Below are positions 20,317 through 29,926 of a stretch of DNA of 64,000 nt, piece after piece. Numbering within the stretch: the stretch's first letter is position 1; each line of letters begins with the position of its first letter. The stretch is taken from contig CAXXFK010000022.1 in the NCBI GenBank assembly GCA_963663965.2, positions 1-64,000 on the forward strand, given 5' to 3'. This stretch comes from Sedimentisphaerales bacterium (GTDB lineage: Bacteria; Planctomycetota; Phycisphaerae; Sedimentisphaerales; SM23-30). The position numbers and the translations under genes were made by a program. The notes beneath the pieces were generated by a model. That model was not told where the DNA came from. It worked only from the letters and a program-made list of their open reading frames with translations, and did no database searches.

Positions 20317-21900
20317 CTATTCATCGATGACTATGAATTCCTGCGGCATCCTATCTTTCAACCAAGGTTGTTCTGCTAGTAACCATTGCTCCATCTGTTG
20401 ACGGACTGATTCATCGCACTCTTTTTTGAAATTCAATTCATTCTCTTGTGTCCATATCTTACGAATTTGCCATCTTTGCTGCTCCCGCTTCTTCGAGAAA
20501 ATGGCTAATTTTTTTATGGCTGCTAAATTCACCCTATCATTAATTAAGTTACCATCTTTATCTAAATATTTCTTTTGTACCTCTGATTCCACCAGATCCT
20601 CCAGTTCTTTATCATTCATATGCACCCAATCAGGAATAACCTGGATGCCGAAGTGGCCCCCTTTTTGTGAACGGTTTCTCATAACCTGGCTCAACAGCTT
20701 CGATTGAAAACGCCCATAAGTCTTATCATAATCGTGCCCCAAATATCGATAGCCCAGTTTATTGGTCCCCACTTCGACAGATAGAATCTTCTTGGTATGT
20801 GTTTTAGATTGACCGTCAATAAAATGACGCCTGCTTTCCTCTACCACATAGAACCATAAATTACTATAAACCGGGTACGGTCCCCCACTATCCTTAAGGG
20901 TCACATGTTTGATGTCCAAGTCGATAGAGCGTAAATCTATACCATAAATAGAACCATCCCCACTGTTTTTAGAGTTAATATTCTCTGTTGCAATTCCATT
21001 ATCCTTAAGAAAAAACTCGACTTCTGGCAGATAGCCTTCCGTAGGAGCAACCCAAACTGGTCGGTCAGTCAGGACAAATCCACTGTCTTGATTCAGGGCT
21101 TTTAGCGATACTGAATAACCGTCATCCCTGGGATGTACTTCTAAATAACACTCTGCCTCCCAAATAGCAGATTTTGGATGTAAAGGCTTTTTATTAGAAG
21201 AGATAGAATCCTCGTAATCAGCAATCAGTCGGGAGCGTAACGGCGTATTTCGAGGCACAGGCAAATCGCTAAAATCCCCCTTATAATAATTGGAATATAT
21301 AGGCCGATTATTGCTGCTGAATATATGGGTTTCATGTCGAATGGCATAGCGATTTAAGTAATCGCCATAGACGGATAACAAAATGTCGTGTTCTTGAGGC
21401 TCTGAAATATCATACCACCCACCGCTACCCTGTTCACTATGGTCAATGCCAGGAACGGGCTTTTTCAGCATATAATATATAAAAGGCTGCTCAGGAGAAA
21501 ATCCTATCCTATTGAGCTGGGATCTGTTAAAATAAAATCTTGATTTGTTAGATGTTTGCAAGTCGTAGTAGCCAGTTTTTCTGAACGATTGGATACGAAA
21601 CATATATCCTCTCGCCTTGTATTCAAAACAACCGTTTTCATCGGTTGACATTAATCCTTCCTTAATACCAAATTCGGGTGTCATAATTTTTGAAAGGAAA
21701 TAATAGTTATATGACCAGGGAACTACTACTCCTGACAAAGGTTCTTTTGTATCATAGTCTAAAATACATCCATAAAAGGTAAAATCGTAATTGGATGCCT
21801 CAATTTCCTGCAATAACGATGATGAGGCGCCCTTTTCCATCACCTGGCATCCAGCAGTCAATGCGAAGAACAAGTTAATAATAACTATGGCTCGATACAT
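20317..21900 (-). CDS. Hypothetical lipoprotein with carboxypeptidase-regulatory-like N-terminal domain
   Basis: Lipobox LTAG-C; FTFYGCILD...PLSGVVV...TDENGCF; low GC. Confidence 0.65.
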   Translation of the reverse strand: MYRAIVIINLFFALTAGCQVMEKGASSSLLQEIEASNYDFTFYGCILDYDTKEPLSGVVVPWSYNYYFLSKIMTPEFGIKEGLMSTDENGCFEYKARGYMFRIQSFRKTGYYDLQTSNKSRFYFNRSQLNRIGFSPEQPFIYYMLKKPVPGIDHSEQGSGGWYDISEPQEHDILLSVYGDYLNRYAIRHETHIFSSNNRPIYSNYYKGDFSDLPVPRNTPLRSRLIADYEDSISSNKKPLHPKSAIWEAECYLEVHPRDDGYSVSLKALNQDSGFVLTDRPVWVAPTEGYLPEVEFFLKDNGIATENINSKNSGDGSIYGIDLRSIDLDIKHVTLKDSGGPYPVYSNLWFYVVEESRRHFIDGQSKTHTKKILSVEVGTNKLGYRYLGHDYDKTYGRFQSKLLSQVMRNRSQKGGHFGIQVIPDWVHMNDKELEDLVESEVQKKYLDKDGNLINDRVNLAAIKKLAIFSKKREQQRWQIRKIWTQENELNFKKECDESVRQQMEQWLLAEQPWLKDRMPQEFIVIDE

Positions 21901-21919
21901 AATTAATTCCTATAAAAAT

Positions 21920-22270
21920 TTAGTTAGTAGGCACAACATCTAAATCACAATCATAAATCAAATTGCTCCAGTATGAATGCGTATCAATAATATCTGACTG
22001 GAATTGAAGCGAATGTCCAATTCCTCGATCGCCAAACTCATTAAACACTCTACCGGGCAAATTGGGCATTTCGATTAATCCCATGGGCATGTACCTGGAA
22101 GGGGCAATATGAGTAAATATATAAAAACGATCCTCAGGGAAGAAATAGGCAGTAGTAATCTCATTAACCCAGTCTTCTATATACTCACAAAATAAATCAT
22201 ACGAATAACTATCGATCCAAGTCCCGTGTTGCGGTTTAGTAGGCCCCTGAGTATAGATAGTATCTGGTCT
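21920..22270 (-). pseudogene. Start-less 116-codon open frame, probable orphan C-terminal gene fragment
   Basis: Hand translation RPDTIYTQGPT...DRFYIFTHIAPSRYMPMG...DIIDTHSYWSNLIYDCDLDVVPTN*; stop ~20 nt upstream of the lipoprotein start; not in the ORF track. Confidence 0.5.
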
Positions 22271-22442
22271 TTATAAATCACAGAGTATATTATTTTATTG
22301 ACAACTCCTGAAATCAACATAAATCTTTAAAAACAAACCCTTAAGATCAAGTCCGTCGAATTTTGCATCTAAGATAAACCAAAAAACAAATACACAAATT
22401 AACAATTAATAAGTTAGATAATATAATAATTATATATTTAAT

Positions 22443-22471
22443 TTGACTCAGACTGCAACTCAGTCTATAAT
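22443..22471 (+). promoter_or_regulatory. Near-consensus sigma70 promoter with inverted repeat in the spacer
   Basis: TTGACT-N17-TATAAT; AGACTG-N5-CAGTCT at 22450-22466; AT-rich upstream region. Confidence 0.75.
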
Positions 22472-22565
22472 ACCAAAGTCGCCTTAATAGCCCCAGACCA
22501 CTCGCCAACCCCCGGCGTGTCCCGCCCCAACCGGCCACGCCCGCAGACCCCCTCTGCGCATGGAC

Positions 22566-23353
22566 CGTGGCACCTTCAGCTTGTGGGGGCATGCATGGCC
22601 AGTGCTATCTGATGCAGACCAGAACCAACCAGCCAATTTATTTTGACTGTTAATAAGTTACGAATGAAATGGAAACCAACAAAAACAAAACAACCCAACA
22701 ACCCAGCCATAAAAGGCTTAAAAACGTAGCATGGGCTTCCAGCCCATGTGTATTGTTCTCCATAGATAATGGGCAACCCCCGGTTGCCCATGCCGCAGGT
22801 CCGCCGTAGCGGGTTGGTCTAACCAGCCATGAGCGCAGCGAATACCAACAAAAAACGAAACGTTGAGCACAGCGAAATCCCGATCTATCGGGAAACCCAA
22901 TGCCAAAAAAATGATCATAACAATATCAATATCAAGCACTTATATCGATATGGGTGCCACCTTCAAGCGCAGCTTGTGGGTGGATTCGTCGCTTTGTGAA
23001 CTCCAATGTGAACTGAGCTTATCAACAATAAAAACAACATCCGCCTCAAGGCGGATTCAAATAATATCTCGAAGAGATCAAATGTAAATAGCCCCCCAAT
23101 TCATTGGGGGGGATAGACGAACCAACGTTTAAAAAATTAAACCCACGCCTCGTAGAGGCGTACCGCCAGGATATCTCGCATAAGAGATAGATAAAACAAC
23201 ATGAGCGCAGCGAATACCGAAACGAAACGAACCCAATATGAAAAAATATCACTCTAACCCCAACATAAAAATGAACTTAACCAAAATAATTTCATCCGCC
23301 AAATGGCGGATACCACAATTTTGCATTTTAAATTCTAAATTTTAAATTTCTAA
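22566..23353. repeat. Cluster of heterogeneous REP-like palindromes and short repeats
   Basis: GTAGCATGGGC-TTCCA-GCCCATG (22726), ATGGGCAACC-CCC-GGTTGCCCAT (22769), TCCCGAT-CT-ATCGGGA (22878), ATCCGCC-N4-GGCGGAT (23039, 23294), CCCCCCAAT-TC-ATTGGGGGG (23092), CATGAGCGCAGCGAATACC twice (22828, 23200), heptamer run 23319-23353. Confidence 0.75.
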
Positions 23354-23368
23354 ACAGGAGGTACTACC

Positions 23369-24208
23369 ATGTCATCGTCACTAAGAAGACTCAGAGCCAA
23401 CCGTCGCAACGCCCAGAAATCCACCGGCCCCAAAACCCCCGAAGGCAAGGCCATCTCATCGAAAAACGCCATCAAGCACGGCCTCAGCGGCCAGGACCCT
23501 GCCCATCTCATCGTTCCCGGCGAATCCGAACTCACCTACCTCGAATTCCGCGCCGCGTTGCTGCAAGACCTCAAACCCACCACCTATCTCCAGCGCCACA
23601 TCGCCGACCAGATCGTCTCGGCCGCCTGGCGACTCGAACGACTCGGCCGCATCGAAGCCGAAATGGTCGACGCCCGCGTCTACCAACTCCGGCTCACCAA
23701 CGAAGAAATCCGCAAAGATACCGTCATCGACCAGCCCTTCGCCCATTCGAGTATCTATCTCCCACGTCACAACGAGGTCGGCGCCGCCTTCACCCTCGAA
23801 ACCCCCGCCTTCAACTGCCTGGCCCGCTACGAAACCCACCTCAACCGAATCTTCCAGTCCAAACTTAAACTCCTGCAACAGTTGCAATTACAACAAAAAC
23901 CAAACGAACCCAACGCCTACCCCCCGGAGTACCCATTTCCTGAATTACCCCGCGTCCACATTCCCGACCCGCCAAAAATCCCCACACACCCCAGCGAAGC
24001 CAAATTAGCCCCCGAATACATCAAAGACCGACTCCCCGAATTGATGAAAGACCACAGCGTAACTGACGACCAGGTATTCAGTTACGCCTGCAACCGCTAC
24101 GAGGCCCTCACCGATTTCGCTAACCAGAACGGCGAAGAAGCCCTCCACGCCCTCGGCATCCCCACCAAACCCCCAGCCGACATCCCCATCCAGGAGGAAA
24201 AGAAATAA
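23369..24208 (+). CDS. Hypothetical protein with N-terminal ANRRNAQKSTGPKTPEGK...NAIKHGL motif (HGGxSTG-like)
   Basis: AGGAGG RBS; motif plus AAWRLERL...EA and LARYETHLNR helices; extremely C-rich codon usage. Confidence 0.8.
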   Translation: MSSSLRRLRANRRNAQKSTGPKTPEGKAISSKNAIKHGLSGQDPAHLIVPGESELTYLEFRAALLQDLKPTTYLQRHIADQIVSAAWRLERLGRIEAEMVDARVYQLRLTNEEIRKDTVIDQPFAHSSIYLPRHNEVGAAFTLETPAFNCLARYETHLNRIFQSKLKLLQQLQLQQKPNEPNAYPPEYPFPELPRVHIPDPPKIPTHPSEAKLAPEYIKDRLPELMKDHSVTDDQVFSYACNRYEALTDFANQNGEEALHALGIPTKPPADIPIQEEKK

Positions 24209-24432
24209 GGGTATCCCAAAATACTATAACCTGAATAAATACCCATGGATTGATCCCATAGTTCAAACCATCCAGATGATCTGCGCACCTGCCTGCAAGT
24301 ACCACTCTAAGCTGAACAGGTTTCGAGTATAAGTTTTTACCCGTAAAAGACTTATTTCACGGCTATGCGGGCATGATCAATCGTTAATAGGTTATAGAAA
24401 ATCGTCTTGAAGTTTGTCGGTATGCTACTATT

Positions 24433-26116
24433 ATGGGGGATGTGATTTTAAATCTGATTAAGCTATTGAATGGAGCTATGGGTATGCATGGTAAATGGAA
24501 TTTTGTGCCGATTGTCTGGATGATTGTGGCGGTGATGTTTTTGGGCGGGGCGTTGGCGATGGGGCAGGTTCAGGATGGGATGATGGCGGGGTACCTGCTG
24601 GTGCCGCAGGAGCGGGTGGCGGAGAGTTATAACGCGGGATTTTCGATGTATGTGGCGGCGTGGCCGCTGTTGCGGGAGTATCCGGGGGACCGGTTTCAGA
24701 CGGGATTGTTCGGGACGTGGATGCACGCGTGGTATGATGATCCGAAGCCGGAGGGGAAGTTGTATTCGGATATTGAGGGTGGTTTAGGTTGGTGGCGCGA
24801 TACGCGGTTTGCCACGGAGACGCCGAAGTTTATTATGGGCGGGGTGGCGTTGAATTTCTGTGAATGGGCGAACGGGCCGGGGGCCGGCAAGGGGCGGGAC
24901 TGGGACCAGCCGCGGGGTAAATATGGGGTGGCCCAGTTGAGTCCGTGGGTGTTGTGGCCGCCGGATGGCTTGAATCTGAAACAGGGGACCTGTGGGCAGT
25001 TGTTTGGTTATGGTTATTTGCCGCTGCCGCTGACCGAGCCGAAAGTCCGGACCGCCGGGAAGGCGGTTCCGACGGGGAATCAGTGCTGGACGTTGTTTTT
25101 GAATACGGCCAATTTTAAGGGGCCAGTGGCGTTTTTTACGCCTTATTTCTGGTCCGGGCCGTCGGTGAATGATCCGGCACTGGCGGGGCTGTTTTTGGAT
25201 ACGCGGCCGGCGAATCCGAACCGGGCGTTGCAGATGGAAACCCAGTATGTGCCGGGCAGGCAGTCGTTGGACGCGAAAGGGCAGACCTACGCGCGGATCG
25301 CGCCGGTTTCGTTTCCGCGCAGTGACGCGGGGGTTTCGCCGCTTATCCACCGGGTGACTTCATATAACAAAACGGCGCTGTGGGATAAGGTGGCGGCGTG
25401 GTTTGAGGGTGGACCGGAGGCGGATGGCCGGATCGATCCGGCAGGCGCGGCGGTGCATACGTTTCCGGGGCGGGGGGGGAGCGACCTGGAAGATTTATAC
25501 GAATGATGTTCCCAATGAGCAGCGGCGGCCGGTGGACTGGAAGGCGTTTGCCAGTCCAACGGCTATCGATGAGGTCACTTATGGGTACCAGTGGGATGAA
25601 CGGCTGGTGATGAGAAATGATTCAGGAGATGGGTCTTTGTTTACGCTGCCGGAATTTTACCGTCTAGTTAGTGAAGAGCAGCGGTGGATCGGGGTGAAGG
25701 AAGATGAAGTTCCGGCTGAAACCGGGTTAGGTAAGGTACGTTTTGCGCGACCGGCGGCGAAAGCCTCCGAGGCTTATGTGACCCCGGAGGAGGCGGATAG
25801 CTGTTGGAAAAAGCCCGGGCCGGTGGCGGGGCCATTTATGGCGTATCCGGGGGATGGGAGTGTGGTGACGTATTACTGGTACCGGTTTGCCGATCAGCCG
25901 GCGTTATTGAATGCGGATTTGAGTGAGCAGGAGCGGGAACGGTTGCAGGAGCGGGTCGAGAAAATCCATCGAAACTGGAAGAAGGATCGGACGTATCTGA
26001 CGCCGCCGTCGATGGGAAAGTTGGCAGAGATTGATCCGGCGTTGATTGTGACGCCGCCGAGTGGGATGGAGATTGGCTATGTGCCAATTGTGACCCGGCA
26101 GGGGATGAAAGAATAA
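24433..26116 (+). CDS. Exported hypothetical protein, split by a frameshift at G8 (25472-25479)
   Basis: ORFs 24433-25506 and 25403-26116 join at the G-run; signal peptide-like N-terminus; Trp/Gly-rich. Confidence 0.6.
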
Positions 26117-26174
26117 GCTGATTAATGCCCCTAACCGTTTGTCAGGTACTCTTAGCTCTCTTTGCCGTTATGTT

Positions 26175-26209
26175 AAAAAAACGCTCGTCTGGTGTTGGAC
26201 GAGCGTTTT
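26175..26209. terminator. Bidirectional intrinsic terminator
   Basis: A7-CGCTCGTC...GACGAGCG-T4 between convergent genes. Confidence 0.78.
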
Positions 26210-26232
26210 GGGGTTTATGGGTTGCAAAAGAT

Positions 26233-27588
26233 TTATTTGCCGATGGCTTTCATCATAACTTTGAAGACATCGGTATTGTCAACGTAGCTGCCGGAGTAGC
26301 CCCAGGAGCGGGCGGCGGCAACGTCGGTACCACGGGTGAGCCAGAGGAACTCTTCGCAATGTGGGGCCGCGAGCGTAAAGAGGGACCAGAGCGTTGGTGT
26401 GGCCGGTACTATAATGTTTGGCGGCAGGGACCTGGCCTTTGCCTTGGGTTCTGGGCAGGTCGAAGGGGGTCTGGCTGCGCTTGCCGGCCTGGGTGCCCCA
26501 TACTTTGCCGCATTCGTGGTCGGAGGTGACGATGATGAGGGTGTCCTCGAGTTTATTGTTTTCGGTGAGCCAGTCGATAACGGCCTGTACGGCGTGATTA
26601 AAGTCCTGTTGTTCTTCGACGGGCGCGGGGCAGTTTGTTTGTCATGATTAGCCCAGTCAACGGCGCCGCCTTCGATCATGAGATAGAATCCGTCGGGATC
26701 CTGGCCAAGGATATTGAGGGCAGCGCGAGACATCACTGACAGGTTGGGTACTTTACCGTTGGGAGCGTCACTGGAGCGCTTTTGCTGAAGGGGTGCTGCC
26801 GACGCGGGCGATGCCCAGATAACGTTTCAGTGGGGGATTGGAGGTTTGCGCCAGTTTGTTCAAAGTCAGCCTTGTCTTCAATGAAGGTCCAGGGCTCTTT
26901 TTCACCCTTGCGAATGCTTTCTAATAATGGCAAGTCAATGTATTTGTCTTTGGGTTCTTGGAGTTGCTGGCCGTCGTCATCATAGTCGGGATAGCCCGCT
27001 CCGAAGATGACATCCAAGCCACTGTCGAGAATCATTTCGCTGGCAATTTCGGTATATTTGTTGCGGGATTGATTGTGGGACCAGACCCCGGCGGGGGTGG
27101 CGTGACAGAAAGGGACAGTAGTCACAACGCCTGTGCTCTTGCCCATGCCATCGACAATCTGGGCGAAAGTTTGCAGTTTAGCGCCATCCGGTTTCACACC
27201 GAGCATGCCATTTTTAGTTTTCTGACCGGTGTTCAAAGCTGTGGCCGCCGCGGATGAGTCTGTGGGTTTTTTTATTGCTGTAATCAAAATCAGCCCAGAA
27301 AGTGTCGGGATCATAGCTTCCACCATCGGACCAGGTAGTACAAGACATGCGAATCGGGAAGGTGTCATAGGGTTGGTGGCCGAGTTCGCCAAATTCGTAA
27401 TAGCTGGCACAATCGAAGGTATTAAAACCGGCACCGTCAGTGATCATTAAAATGACGTTCCTGGCCTCTTTGGCAAGCCCAGTTGCCTGCATCGAGACCA
27501 GGGTAATTAGAACCAGACATAGGGTACGGTATGCCTTGGTATAGACTCTGTTTATGGGGTAATATCTGGTAATTTCTTTTTTCGTCAT
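26233..27588 (-). pseudogene. phoA: Alkaline phosphatase with multiple frameshifts (possibly sequencing errors)
   Basis: NVILMITDGAG, TDSSAAATAL, VTTVPFCHATPA, GFYLMIEGGAVDWANH, VDNTDVF distributed over ORFs 27214-27588, 26733-27434 and 26233-26736. Confidence 0.8.
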
Positions 27589-27704
27589 AGCTTATGAGTT
27601 CCTCAAAAAGGTTGGCCAAAGATTCTCTTTTGTTAAGAATGATATATATTTATATGAATTATATAAAACTTGCAATGCTTTTTGGGTTAAAATCTGGTTT
27701 AAAT

Positions 27705-27736
27705 AAAAAAACCGTTTCGGAGAACACCGAAACGGT
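27705..27736 (-). terminator. Intrinsic terminator
   Basis: ACCGTTTCGG-N6-CCGAAACGGT with A7 on the left (T-tail on the minus strand). Confidence 0.75.
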
Positions 27737-27800
27737 TGATTTTATTGCATGGGAATCATTGCCCTCCAGTCAGGTAAAGAGGGCCGGAAAAGCTATCGGA

Positions 27801-29583
27801 CTATTTTTGATTAACTTTCTGCATTTGCATCTGCATCATGGCAATGCCGCCCATCAACTCCTGCAGATGCTGTTTGGGGATGATGATATCCATCATGGAA
27901 CGGCGGCCCATAGTGCGGCTGCCCATGGTAATGCAGGAGGAAGAGGGAATGGTGGGAACAGGCTGATCGCCGCGGAGTTCATGTGGGATGAAATTCATGA
28001 TCATGTTCATACCTTGAACCAGGTTTAGCGAGACAACGCCATCATAAGGTCTTCGGGCGGGAAGCGATTGTGCGACTTTTTCGAAACCGCCGGCAGGAGC
28101 TTCACCACTTTTAACCTGATCAATCAATTTGCAAACGGCGGCTTTGTTGTCTTGGGCCATGACCGAGATATATTTATTGTCTACCATTGCCCAGCAGAAA
28201 CTTAAGCCATCGCCGTACATTTTCTGGATCATCTGACCTTCGGGACTGTCGGTACTGGCTTTGATGGCGAAATTGCCTTCTGAGACCTTGACACCTTTAT
28301 AGGTGTAGGCGTTATCGTTGATGTTGAAGGTCATATCGATGCCCAGGTTTTTGTAGAAATCGTTCAAAAACCCTTCCTTCATAAATTCAACATATTCTTT
28401 CATCATCTGATCATAGTTGCTTGCGTCTTTGATTTCGACGATGGAAGTAAAGCCGAACGGGGGCGTTGCTGTTGATTCGGTGTAGAAACTCATGGCCATG
28501 TGACTGCCCATCATATCGGCCCAGCGGTTGGTCATATCCTTGAGCTTCTGAATGGAATTATCATCAGATGAGTTGATCATGACCGAGAGGACATCCCAAT
28601 AGGCCTGATAGAACTTTTTCAGACTGTCCGTATTCCATTTGCCGGCAACATTGAAGATTGCGTTGTTAGAGATATAGCCGGCGTATTGCAGGGCATCCTG
28701 GGGTTGTTCGACCGCTTTCATCATCTCGGCTAAATCCGTGCCGGGAACAGGGGTGATGGAGAAAGTCATATCGAGTTGGTCCGGTTTGGGATTGGCTGAG
28801 AGGGTGATAAATTGGACTTCGTTGAAGAATTTGTCGAAACCCGCGGAATACATAGCCATGACCGGGCCGATATTCACCATTTGGGGTTGATTCGCCTGGG
28901 CTTGCTGCTGTTCGGTCATGGTTTTAATCTGGTCGAACTGGGCCTTGAGAACGGGGCCGAAAATCCGGCCTACTGTGTTCATGTTGCTGTAAATCCAGAT
29001 AGGCTGACGCAGGGCCGCTTGCGCGCCGCGGTTACCGTAAGCGGTGGCAATCGATCGGGAGCTTTTATCCGATAGTATCTTAACGGTATTCAGTAACCGG
29101 TCATACTGATTGGTATCAGCAATGAGAAGATAGTTATCGATTTTTTTTGGCAATTGAAATTGTCTTGGCCGCATCGTTCTGGTCGGCGATTTTGAAAATG
29201 CCGTTATTATCCGGCTTGTTCCACTGTGGAGAACCCGGTCCATCGTTTGATGCCAGTATCAGGAACGGATTTTTCTTGGGTGGGGTATCCTGCAGTGGGG
29301 TATAGAAAATGACGATCTGCTCAGGCAGTGATTCCGGCTGGCCGAGTACGGACTTTAATTGGGCTGTAGCTTGATCTTTGAAAGGCCAGGGCAGAACACC
29401 GTTGAAATAGGTGGCCGCTTTATCGATGGTTCCGGAGACATCGTTGATAACAACACATAAAACGGTGTCTTCAGGTATCATGTTCAAAACATTGGTTTGA
29501 TTTTGCCCTTTTGCTGTGCTTCCCAATACAGCAGACAGCAGCAAAAGGCAAGATAGTGCGGTAAAACATTTTATTCGAGTCAT
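27801..29583 (-). CDS. Exported hypothetical protein (DUF3352-like), frameshifted at T8 (29141-29148)
   Basis: Signal peptide and LNMIPEDT in ORF 29134-29583, continuing in ORF 27801-29243; GGAG RBS. Confidence 0.55.
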
Positions 29584-29926
29584 TGTTAGCTCCTTTAAAA
29601 ATAAGTAGTTAGATTAATTCTAGAAACAAGTGGCTTTCACAATTGATTTTTGAGAGAAATATTGAACGCTGGCCAAGCATTTATTAATATTAGTGTATTA
29701 CTCATATAATACACTATACGCGTTTTTTCCAAAAAGGCAAATAATATTTTAAATATTCTTCCACAATTTATTTATTAGACGTGGTGATACCCGAATTCTA
29801 TCAAAAAAATCATACTTGATCTGTAAAATGTCAAGAAAAGGGTTATTGTCTGGGGAACAAATTCATTAATAAAATGGATTATTATCCGTATATTCCATTT
29901 TTGATATAATGCCGCATAAACCTGGA

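Noticed and set aside
22478..22650. 6S RNA, omega-RNA or group II intron identity for the GC-rich segment
   Set aside because: No long terminal helix or diagnostic end motifs could be built by eye; left as unassigned non-coding sequence.
22566..23353. CRISPR array or attC cassette array
   Set aside because: Units differ in sequence and spacing; no cas or integrase gene is present.
24410..24440. dif site at the skew flip
   Set aside because: Poor match to XerC/XerD arms, and the skew polarity is origin-like rather than terminus-like.
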